A stretch of DNA of 26,875 bases, taken from positions 124,001-150,875 of the forward strand of contig JADIIX010000052.1 in the NCBI GenBank assembly GCA_027604505.1, written 5' to 3'. The notes below the pieces were generated by a model, which was not told where the DNA came from, made no database searches, and worked only from the letters and a program-made list of their open reading frames with translations. The position numbers and the translations under genes are program-made. Shown piece after piece: positions 10,200-21,471 of this stretch (its first letter is position 1; every line of letters begins with the position of its first letter). This DNA comes from Gonapodya sp. JEL0774. Lineage: Eukaryota.

Positions 10200-12246
10200 T
10201 CAAAGTTTCTCCATAGTCAGAGCTGCTTTGACATTCTGCACGTGTCACGGTGAAAGGAGATGAGCCAAAGCATTGCACAGTCAGCAAAACAAAAAACATA
10301 CTTTGGTGCTTGCAAACTTGCGAATATCTGCTATAAGCTCCGCTGGACATTCCATTGCTGCAAAGTGCCTGTCGATTCAGCGAGGTTGATAAATCAGAAG
10401 CTGAACTATGTCTTCCGTTTGTCTCATCGAATACCCGTCCATGCAACTCACCCTCCCTTCTCAAATTCAGACCACTGTACCAAATCTTTGTACCAGTGTT
10501 TCGCCCAACCTTTAGGCGGCAACGAACTTTCATACGGAAAGGCCGCTACACCAACCGGCTGGTGGACGATTGAGTGGTTCAGGCGGCCAGAGTCGATGCG
10601 TCGATGGAGTTGGACATGATACATGCGGAACGAGGAGGTGATGGAGTTGCTGGTGGGTGGTGGGTGGGTGAGAGAAGTGGTGAGGCGGGGTAGGGAGTGG
10701 GGGGGCCTATGTTCCATTACCTGATCCAATAGATCATGACGTTAGTCAGGAAGTGGTCCATAGGTATCGATGGAGACCAGTCTCCATCTCCATCACGGAG
10801 GTCGACCCACTCATGCTGATAATGGTGAAACGCCAAATCCGAACATGAGGACAGTGATTAACCCGGACTCATCCGAACAATCAAACATCACACGACCAAG
10901 CCATTCAACTCACAAACTTCTCTCCAATCCATGTCATCAAGCCAACTGGACTGTCGCTCACGCCAAAGCCCAATGTTTGAGGCTTAGTCGCTTGAATCCT
11001 CTGGTAACCGATGCGCTCCTCGACATATCTAGCGTCAGAACCACGAAGCATGCGAGCGGACTCAGCTGACGTAGGGGGTTCAACGGCCGCATCAGGGGGA
11101 GGACGAGGGTACGTGGGCATGTTGAGCTGTGAGAGTGGGACGCGGGGTACACAATGGGAATGGTGTGTTAAGTGGAGCAGAGAATAAATATGTATAGCGA
11201 CTTGCGTACGTGGATGGCACGGCAGGAGCTGGGATGGCCAATAGCAAGGGCCTTTGAATGAACAACCAAAGTCAGATCCCAGACTTCGCGAACACAGTGG
11301 GGAGCGCATCACACACCTTTGATACATGACTCCCGAAGTCTCCTCCCTGAGATACGTACTGATGGTACCCCAACGCGTTCATGAGCTCGTTGATACATGC
11401 AGCCTGCTGCACGATGCCAAAGTCTCGCACGGGGGCAGCAGTGGAAAAGCCAAATCCTACTAGAGAAGGTACAACAACGTGGAAGGCCGGGAGGGATGGG
11501 TCGGTCGGGTGAGCGAGGGGCCTTATGATCTCCACAAACTAGTCGGCATCGTCGGAATGAGTTGTGGATGTACATGTGAGGCCTGGATTTCATGTCAACA
11601 ACAAAAACACACCTCAACAAAGCTTCCAGGCCAACCGTGAACCAGAACCAAAGGTATAGCATCACTCCGGTTGCTCCGTTCATGCAGAAAGTGTAGCTGC
11701 ACTGTCCCTTGGCCCCTCTTGTCGCCTCGAGCAGCACCGACAGGTACATTAATGGGAACACGGAAGTGGGAGAATGAATTGAGCTTGTCCTCCCAGCGTG
11801 GCCACGAATAAGACGCCAGCCAATAGTCGACAACCTGGCGCGCTACACGGTTGGGCATCCCTGGAATTGGGGAGGGCGAAATACACAATGAAGAACCGGT
11901 AATCATATTGTGTTAATCTTGGGCTTGGATGCATGATTTCTCTCAGTGGGGGTACTTCGTTCGGCATGATGTAGCCGACGATGCATGCTTGCTGCAAAAC
12001 TCACCATATTCCCTTCACGAGGCGCAATGAATGATGCAAAAACATATCAGTTCACTCTCAGTCATCGTCCTAATGGTTTTGTAAGGTTACGATCCCCGCA
12101 ACCAACCAGGTGTCTCCTCCTCCAATTGGGTTTGCGAGAGAATCTTCGGGGTACCGGGCGTTTTCAAGACGGTAATGAAGATCTTTAAGAGATTTTGGTC
12201 CGAATTGAATTCGGAAAGGAACAGGGGATGGCCTTGCAAAAGTCAT
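10200..12246 (-). CDS. Epoxide hydrolase (EHN domain + alpha/beta hydrolase fold), ~422 aa
   Basis: Exons 12246-12107, 12012-12005, 11860-11613, 11538-11317, 11251-11210, 11126-10914, 10815-10721, 10649-10452, 10368-10302 and 10235-10200. Motifs: HGWPGSF, PSLVGFGFS, QGGDFG (Asp nucleophile), IHLN, TKPQTLG..DSPVGL, FPYE, GGHFAAME. Confidence 0.95.
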
Positions 12247-12322
12247 TCTGTTTGGATGTGATGAGGATCGTAACCAGTCAACTTCTCCACCGACCGTCCT
12301 CACTACCCTGCATAAATCAAAC

Positions 12323-12392
12323 TTCATTACCACTGCCTACTGAAGGCGAAGAACTAAGAGCGTTGCTAAACTGTGCATTCCTACTTATCACT
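12323..12392. repeat. Dispersed direct repeat, copy A (~70 bp)
   Basis: ttcattaccactgcctactgaaggc...agaactaaga...gttgct.aact.tgcattcctac...ttatcact matches 26686-26758. By eye: first 25 nt identical, 6 substitutions and one 3-nt indel overall. Confidence 0.9.
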
Positions 12393-12439
12393 ATGGATAA
12401 TACAACAGAATTCTCCATTTTCATATCACCTGACTCCCA

Positions 12440-13112
12440 CGCCAACATCACCATTCCACGTCACGTCCAATATGCGGCGTTACTAAGCTGCAAACACGCG
12501 GAATACTGAGTTGTTTCATATACCAATGGGTGAGAACTACTCAAAAACTCACATTTCAATTTCATTCGACCTGTTGTACGCAGTCGAGGGCACAGTGGTC
12601 CTGATCCTCTACCCAACAGCCCACTCTACGTTGATGCTGAGGGAATCCTGACTACGCACTCCGCGGTGAACTTTGATGAAGTTTTTGATCTCTAATAGAG
12701 AGTAGAGACCACATGAACAAAATGAACATTGGGATCCTTTGACTATGTACAGTTCCAAGGACATATTTGCACAAAACGGATCATTCCTTGTCAATTTTCA
12801 ACGTACGGCGTCACTCCAAGCTGCATCCACATGAAGGCTTGAGTGGCTTCCAAGAGTTAACTAGTGAGGACTTCTCAAAATACTCACGCCTAAATTGTAT
12901 CTCTCCAGCCATGCGCAGTCGAGGGCACAGTTGTCCTGATCCTCTACCCAGCAGTCTACGCGATGGTAACACTGAGGGAGTCCTGACTGCACCTTCCGGG
13001 GCGATAATTTATGCGAAATCTGCAACAACTATTGGGACCACGTGAGAAGTTTTGGAATATCAAATCCCAGACTGCGAGAAGTACAAGATCCAGAGTTTGT
13101 ACCGACATCGCC
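12440..13112. repeat. Degenerate tandem duplication, period ~330-335 bp, about 2 units; possibly a gene relic
   Basis: Core cgcagtcgagggcacagt.gtcctgatcctctaccca.cag occurs at ~12579 and ~12914. Weaker matches flank it (aagctgca, ctcaaaa..actcac, ctgaggga.tcctgact, gaccac.tga). Boundaries approximate. Confidence 0.85.
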
Positions 13113-14093
13113 ACGGGATTAAAGGTGAGAAGAGTGGGCTCTGTGCGAGTTGAATTGTTTCGAACAAGTCATATCCCGGAGTCAAATCAACTGAAGTGCG
13201 TTGATTGCAATGATTGCGTTCTCACCATCCATGATGCGCTTTCTCGCTCCATGCTAGACCAGTGAACGCGGATCCACCAGGTGTTCTTAAGTGGGTCGGA
13301 GCCAGTGCAACGACGCAACCTGCAAAGATTTGGAGTTTGCAACGCATGACAACGGCCTGTTAAATTCAGAGGTTAACAGGCGTTTGAATGGCACAAACTT
13401 ACTTTGTTTGTGGTTTTCGCACCGATTCATCACACGCGGGAGCTTCTCTTCTTTATGAAAATACTCGTAATTTGAGATGGACTTCCGAGTCCACGTTGAT
13501 GACAATTGTCATAGGAGTGTCATTTGAGCACCAGTGTATGCGGCCCATGCGTTGCAGAGCATGAACTAAACAGATGCTTTCATTTTTGCAACAGATGGGA
13601 ATACTACCGTGCACTCAGGCATGAGTGCAGCAAGGCAGCCAATCAAATAATCGAGCACAAAAGTGGCAGCATGAAAAGTATACAAAGACAGTTGAGGTAT
13701 CTTGCATGAGCACAGATGAGCTCTGCAACTGATTTTTCATTCTGATTTGTTTTCGACAGTCCTTGGATCATTTCTCCCCATCCCAATTAAAGTTGTTGAA
13801 ACAGACAAATAGGACCAAAAAAGAAGAAAGAAGACGAAGAAAGTTGTCCTGTTGTGAATCATGCTGGCGGTTTCACTTGGAGTGCATGCGAGTGCGTGTA
13901 ATTGAATTTGTCCAAAGTCTCTAGGGTATTCAAGGTGCTGACAGAGATTCAAAGTCCGTGAGCTAGATGCAATTGTAGTGGTAGCAACGATGGTCCAGGA
14001 AAAGTCCATGCAAACAGAGGAGACGGAGCGATACAGGTGAAATAGATCTGCCAAAATCGTCCAAGTGCGGCCAAGAACGCCGCCACGATAGTT

Positions 14094-17000
14094 CTAATGT
14101 TCCATCTTTTTCACAGCAAGGCGAAGAGCTGCACGAAGACGGTTTCGCTGGGCAACCCCGTCTTGCCACCATGAACTCGACAGCACTGCGTCCCAGGACG
14201 CTCTTCGAAGTGGGTCTGGGTGCGTCAACCAACAAATAATCGGCCGGATATCGTCGACTGGAGCTTCGGAAATGTCAACGATGAGAGGATTACCCTCATC
14301 TCAAGAAACAAATAGGGATTGGCGGGAGGACAGTCGGGGTGGGGACGGTGGGGAATGTGACTTTGGCATCGAAGAGGACCAGTTTGAAGAGGCGCCATAC
14401 CACCTACCATTCAGCCATGCTTCCATTATATCCATTAACTCTTCCCTTAATTCGTCTCCGCTCTTGGATGGGAGATCCTCAAAAATGCTGGGATAGTAGA
14501 TTTCACCAACCACTTTCCCCAGAGCCCACATATCGAGTGCTGTCAAATCAAGCTCATATTTTATCCCCGAGAAGAGGACATCCAGTCCTTCAGGTGCAAG
14601 ATACTCTGGAGTTGCACCAATTGCTATTGTGGCTGTTGCGTCCTGCATGAAAGCTAGGTCCACAACTGCAACACCTTCCCCGCTGACAGTGAAGTTCTAA
14701 CCCCAAGCAAAGAACCAAAGAATTCAAGGTCAGCCTATTACCAATAGACCAAAGTGGAAACAGGCAAACCTGAAGACTTACGGCGCGCTTTAAATCGCCG
14801 TGCACCAATGCAGGACTGCCATTTGACGGCCGATGTAAAGACTCAATGGACTCAAACACGTCCATTATAGCAGCCTTAGTTGCCATTTGTGCATAGGACA
14901 TATTTGAGGGTAAAGATTTGAGGAAACTATCGAGAGACCAATCCCCTATTCAAGTATATCAAAAGCAAGATCACTGACAATCGCTGATATATATATATAT
15001 AACGGAGGTCTTTACTTACCCAATTGATCCATCACAAAGACAGACAAATCGAAGCGGTCGATATAGCTGTATGAAATGGCCTTGCAGAATCGGCCCTCAA
15101 TTCCTCCAGCCGTCTTTAAGGCAGCAAACAGCACTTCAGATGGATATTTTTGACCCTTTTGAATAATGGAGCTTGTGAAGTCTACTTCGTACAAGCCAAG
15201 GCCCTGTGTTACTGGTCGAAATGTCTTTCCAAAATACTGTCCGAGAACCTCAGCGTGACGAAGTTGGAGTTCCGTGAACTTAAACAGAACACTTACTCTT
15301 TCGCCCGTCGATTTGCTTTTCATCTTCAAAAATACCACTCCAAAAGAAGAGTGTGAAGGTACAAATTCAATATCATGCGATCGCATCATGTGAAGCAGAT
15401 CCGGATGGTGGAAGCCATCTCCACCAGGACCAAGACGGTATACAATATCGCTGGCTGAAAGGTCAAGGACGGTTCTCTCGCAGGTTGTGCTTGCGACATC
15501 GAGAGATGCAAACGCCATATCCGAAGGAGACATTCGATCGTTCGATGGATCAGACTCAATCGCAACGTCCTCATTCGCAAAATGCACTTCCGGTTCGATC
15601 GACTCTGATAATTGCTCCAAAATGTGACAGGATATTTCGCTCCCGTTTTCAATCGTATCGACAGTCAACGGCCAATCGCCCTGAAGCGTTTCATTCAGCG
15701 AGGTTTCGCTCCCACAACCAATTGGAAGGAAGAAATTGTCACCCATTGCGAAGAAATCGTCACGAAGGGTCAGTTGCATCGATGTATCGTGTGATTCGTC
15801 ATCAGAATATTCACAATATGAAGGCGAAAGCGAGCATATGTCGCGTACGGCCTCTTCATGGTGCGAACAAAGAATTGGCACCGAAGTTGCAGAGCTTAGA
15901 GCTGACACTTTCTCATCTGGTTCGTTTTCGTCCAACGTGGCCACTGCACGAGATTTGTCATTGATCACTGTGCTGTCATCCTTGTCGACATCCGAACCAC
16001 CAAGATTGACAAGCGTGTCAAAAGATCCGAAATCGCGGGTAGCTATAAGCCTGTCGCAAACATTTTGCCTCTCAAAGTGGTTAGGTTCGAACACGACGTC
16101 ACCATTGACGTTCTCGCTGGTCGTGGCACCTATGTGCGTCGGAGTGACTACGGGAGCAGCCGGCGGTGGCCGCCCGGCAGGATCATAATTGTATTCGTCT
16201 AGAAGCCAGTCGACGATGACTAATGGTGCGTCACTGCGTCACAAGAGAACAGACAAATTGGTGAGCTCTTTGTCAGCATCGATAGGCATCAGGGCATCAC
16301 TTACTGTGACGACGAATCTTCGGCAAAACTAACACAAGAACGCGTCGATGATACACCGACAGTCCGATCCGTGACCGAGGGTCTCTCGCGGTCCTCCATC
16401 AAGGTCCCATCTGCACCCTCCACGGTGGAGTAAGCTAGTAGGGTAATCCGGCCAAGCATTGCGATAGCGTCGTGAGAGACACCAAGTCTGGCTGCCAGAG
16501 AGCGGGCCATGGGCATCCACGAGGCGGAGGTAAGTGGATTCCTGATTTTATGAAGTGTCGTGGAAGGAAGAGCGAACAGTATTTCTAGTATATTGTCGAA
16601 GATTTCAAGAGGTAAAAGCAGGTGAATGTGGAGAGTCGTCGATGTTTAAAATATCATGCTCACCCTTCATGAGTAAATGCGAATCATGCAAGTCTGAGTT
16701 TATCTCAAAGAAACATTCAAGTTCTGCCCTGGGCGATTCCTTGGTGGGGGTTGGAGTCGTGTTCCTCCGTTTTCCGGAGTTCGAGTTCATATCGCTGCTC
16801 CAGAATTCCACCAATTTATTGCTGTCCACGTCGAATTTTGAGACTACGCCGGACGATCGCACAATGTTGTGTGATCTTTGTGACAGAACCCGTGGCCCTC
16901 TTTTGTCAAATCCAACCAGAGCTCGCGGTGTTGCCTTAATATTCCGACCCGTTTGTCCGGGTTTGTCCATGATTGCACTTTGGCTGCTGAAGACGCGCGG

Positions 17001-18938
17001 AGTGGAAATGGAAAGACCTGCGAAAGACGACTGTCTCTTGAATAACTGAGGGCGTGTATAAGAAACGGGTTTCGAGTTATTTGGGGTATTCATTCGAAGG
17101 GGTGGCGACCCGGATGACGCAGTTACTGGCATCCGATGATTGCCTGCACCATTCCTTCCAATGCTGGTCGGAAGTTTTCTGCCTTGGTGCATGAGAATGG
17201 GGGAGGTCGCAGTTCGTTCGGATATGGGAGCAGAATCACGTCTCCGGATATTTTCTCCACTCAAATGACTCGTCTTTTCATTCTTGAATGTGATTGTTGA
17301 GGTACTTGTCTTGTGCGCAGCATCTCCGGCAACGAGAAGAGGAGTCCCTTTTGGAAAATGCGAGGTCGGCGAGGACGCTTTGCTGCTTGATGGATCAATC
17401 GTACGGACTCGGATGGATTGCACACCATGTGAAGCAGAAGTGGAGGGCCTCTGGATACAGCCCTTAAACCCAAACCTGGGTGAACTTGGGCGTTCTAAAG
17501 TCGTCGGACCAACACTGCCGACTTTGGTCAGCTCAGGAAGACGCGTAAGACCAGATGAGTGCTTCACTGAGACGATAACATCACTGGCCTTCATTGTTCA
17601 GGCGATAGATTTAAATACGAGTAGAACGTTGAAATGAGGAATAATGAATGTATCCACAACCGATTCGTCTCTACGAACCTTCACGACACTTCCCTTCGTA
17701 CTGGTGACGGATTTTGAAGTCGAAACTGCTCGCTTCTCGCGGTTCACAGGCGGAGCTTTGGCCTTGATTCCGAATGGACCGTCCGAGAATATCGCTTTAT
17801 GGGGTAGACGGACACTTTGGTTACGCGTCAATACCTTGTCATAACACTTTGTTGTACCGCAGGTAGTCGTGGCAGTTTTCTTCACTCCGTCAACGTCCCG
17901 GCGGGAAGTTTGGAGCTGGGTCGACATTCACAAGGTCAGAAGAATGATCGATCATGAAGCCATCGAACCGGAACTCACAGTAACAACAGCCTTGGCAGCG
18001 GCACGCGGGGTACTCTTTATCGACGACGTCTTAATTCACGCGATCACAAGGTCACAAGAACGATCCTTTGAGAATCCGCTCGAACCGGAACTCACGTTTT
18101 CGGCCATCTTTGCAGGGACAATCTTTGTGCCCTTCGTGGTAGACATCCCCTTTGCTCCCGGTATTTTTTTGGTCGCACTTGCGTGCCTTTCGAACTGACA
18201 ACGGGAACGTGAGATCTGTGACCAGAGCAAACTTCCTGCCAAGAGGGTACTCACCACTTTTACTTCAGGATTCTTTTTTGGCTGGAAAGCAGATTTCGAG
18301 AATGCGTCAAGTTGAGGTTGAAGCACCAGATGATGATGAGATGCGCGGTGGCGGTTACTAAACTCACCTTTTCGACAATACTGCTCCTCCCGATCGTACC
18401 CCTCGTACCACGATCCACCTTTGGTTTGTACTCTTTGTTCCTGGCGCTCACATCAATCTAGCGCAAGAGTGATGAGCGACACAGCCGCGATGAACGAGCG
18501 GAATCGAGTATCCTCACTCACCTTCTTGACCTCCGTGGGAGTGGTCTTGTCTGTCACGCCTCTCACTGCCTTCGACTTGGTCTGTACAATCCGGCTAGAC
18601 AGCTTGGCGGTAGTCTTGCCGCCGACGACACCGCAAGGAGTGACTAGGCGAGTGATTCGAACAGCCTTGGCGTCGATACCGGGTCCCGCCGAGACGAGGG
18701 GTACTGCCTTGAGCGGAAATTGATTCATCGGAGCCTTGGCTACGCGTGATGGCGCCTCTCCAGCCTTCATCGCGATACGTCCACCACCGACAGACACGAC
18801 CGTCGCCACCTTGGAGGCCTTGGGGGCAATCAGACCATTCTTCACGGAGTTTTGCATTATCGTTGCGGAGATGTAGGATTGTGAGAGGTTTGTGTGTGGT
18901 CGAGATTGATAATCGCGACTGCAGCTTGGCGAACTCAT
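14094..18938 (-). CDS. Large divergent Ser/Thr protein kinase, ~1,332 aa: long low-complexity N-terminal region and C-terminal kinase domain; start codon uncertain
   Basis: Twelve phase-consistent exons: 18938-18522, 18457-18368, 18281-18255, 18194-18096, 18029-17979, 17915-17679, 17588-16664, 16584-16305, 16233-15020, 14945-14782, 14696-14408 and 14299-14094. Kinase motifs: SHSSFGVVF, VLFK, HGDLKRAN, DLA, GATPEYLAPE, DMWALG, LTHPDPLRR. The kinase domain is well supported; linkage of the 5' exons is inferred. Confidence 0.8.
14987..15000. repeat. (AT)7 microsatellite in a kinase intron
   Basis: atatatatatatat inside predicted intron 14946-15019. Confidence 0.9.
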
Positions 18939-21471
18939 CTATTACTTAACTCCCTCCTGGACCAGGCACACTGGCAAACACACCCACAGTTAACCGAAAA
19001 GCTTTAGACTAACGTAATTGTAATTGCACTTTCCAGAAAGTCTACACTCTCTAACTCTAGTAAAAAGTTATTGCTGTCCAAAACTAACTCTCAGAAGGGA
19101 TCGTATATATACAGCGAGTGCTGAAACATGAGCGCGACAATCCATCTTCCATCTCATACTGCGCAAGGTTACACAATAAACCAAGAAATACAGGTGCATT
19201 GACTGAAGAGGCGCATACCTTGGGAGGGCTCATGATGGACACGCTTGCACATGCTACCTCACCATGGACGCCTCGCACTGCCCATCGTTTGACGAGCAAA
19301 TAGGATGAGATTCACAAAAAGATAGTTCCTTGTGCAGTTCTTTGTGCGCACGCTCTATCCTCTCCCAGCGCAAGCCGAGATAAGTTCGCAGCCATCACTG
19401 AAGTACATAATCGCAACGGCGAGAGCCGGGACAAAGTCTCGTCCCAGCAACCGAAGGTGTTTTGATAGGGCAGTGAACCGGTCTCTGGCGCCGGAATGAG
19501 GATGAGGAGAGGGTAAGAGAGACCGCTTTATTGTCAAACGCGGTGAAGCCACGCGCAAGACCGCAATCATTATTTGTGTGCGTCCTGGAGATACCCATAA
19601 TCGCCCCAGCGGTAATGCTTATCGCTTCTTGTCGGAGCGGCCAGAGCGCCAGGCCTGCCCTTTCCCTTGCTCAGCCGGTATGGCGGGGCAAATGGGATGA
19701 AATTTCGCATCGGCCAATCATGCCCGAGTCTGCAAGCTTCGAATGTGCTCTTGAAATTTAAAGACGGTGAGTTTTGCAAAAGAGACGATGGTTCATTTGC
19801 CTGTTGAGGCACTCTCCGCCTTGTAGATGCAAGATGACGTGTGCATGTAGGTAGACAGGCAAACTCCATAACACCAAAGCACCGGCACGACAAGAATTTT
19901 CGCTCAGATTGGAGCACTGAATGCTGAGGATATCGCTCTCCAGAACCCCTGGTTCGACCTTTTGAAGTTTCGATGGACTGCCTGCCTCGGGTTCTGACTG
20001 GCTTTCCACTGCTTCCCACTCTGTCTGTAGCGAGAAAAATACAAAGATTGCTTCGTTTTGATGCTGAGATGAGGTACGGGGGCGCTCTTAGAAAATGGAG
20101 TGTTGTGGACAAACGAGGAACAGTCTCCCGACCGTGAAAAGTGTCTTTCCCCACACGCAGTCCCCATTTCTGCCCATGAAGAGCAAAGTCTGTCGTAAAA
20201 GCTCGACTTCGGGGTTCGTGACCTCCTCCGTCCCACCGTCGCACGGTGTGCGTGCCCGCTACAGTCGTTTCGTGCTTCTGGGCGTGTGAGCGTTTCCCAG
20301 TGCCGTTGACCAGGATCCAGATCTTAAAGAGAAGAAACGACAGAAGTGCTTATCGGCGCTCTCGAAGGAGGTCTTCCCAGGTTTCCAAACCGTGACAGAA
20401 ACTCGGGAGGGCGAGAAGGACGTGACGACCGCCGCGAGACTGACAGGGCCGGGTTCCCCTACGAGAGACGGTCCCCTGGATTCGATCGATCGGCTATGAA
20501 GTGCGCCATTATTTATTTACCTTGCCAGTGTGAGTGATATAAGGAAGAACGTGGACTCGAGGACCGAACCTCACGTGACCTGACCTCATTCCTCACGCCG
20601 ATTCAGCATCCCACGGGTCAATGGCGAAGATCACACTTCTCCGATCTTTTATTTTCTTCCATTTTTTCCAAGCCATTACGTGATGTTGGCTCACCGTGCA
20701 TTCTTGAACCCTCTTAGTGGTACTCCAAACCCCGTTTGGCAGTCTTTGTGAGAATTTACTCGGGACCCGGCAAGGGAAACAAGGGAAACGGGCGTCGTCG
20801 ACAAGGAAGATGCGAGTTAGTGTGCACGTGCCTTCATATCTTGTCTTGTTCGGTGCTCGAATGACATCTCGTTCCGTTTTCACCACCGTCTGAACATTAT
20901 TAAACACAGATTATGGGTCCCCTCCTCTGGGCACACGACCAGCGTCCACGCCCGGCGGCGTCAATCCACCGACCACAGAACAATATTCAGAAGGATAAGA
21001 AGAATTCATCCGGACGTCGTCACAGGTGGAGGTAGAGTGAAGGAGAAGGACGGAGCCAGTCGAGATGCGCAAGTGATTCGGCCCCTTCTCCGGGAAAGTT
21101 GTTACAGCACCCTCCCCTATGCTCTTCAGTGCTATAGTTTGTCCAGACCCTCCACAGGACACGGCTCCGTCTCCATCCGTCCCCCGCTGCCGTCACAAAT
21201 CACGGCGCTTGCATTCAAACCACACGCCCCGAACTCAACGGGGCACAGTACCAGGGCAAGTGCATCGGGTGGTGGCTCGCACTGAGGGAAGAGGGAAGAG
21301 CGCAGAGGCACAGGACAGGTATTTCCGAAGCCCCGTTGATAACGGAAAAGGGGCTGTGGAGTCGGTCAATTTGGTGGGTTGGAATTCTTGTCTCGTGCGG
21401 TGGACAGGGTAAACGTCACCTTCCCCCATGAGTCTCACCCACCTCCACCGGAACCAGAACTCGCCCACCGA

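Noticed and set aside
12609..12950. Shared TAG codons as evidence of stop-codon reassignment
   Set aside because: TAG serves as the normal terminator of two predicted genes here (4931-4933 and 14094-14096), and no conserved gene needs TAG read-through.
12579..12955. CRISPR-like repeat-spacer array
   Set aside because: Only two core copies ~335 bp apart, with homologous intervening sequence, in a eukaryotic context without cas genes.
13551..13729. 10-bp inverted pair gttgcagagc / gctctgcaac as MITE ends
   Set aside because: Too short, does not extend, and no target-site duplication seen.
13963..14235. ORF MLVDAPRPTSKSVL... as the kinase C-terminus
   Set aside because: A different frame (LTHPDPLRRASWDAVLSSSWW) fits subdomain XI better and matches the intron phase.
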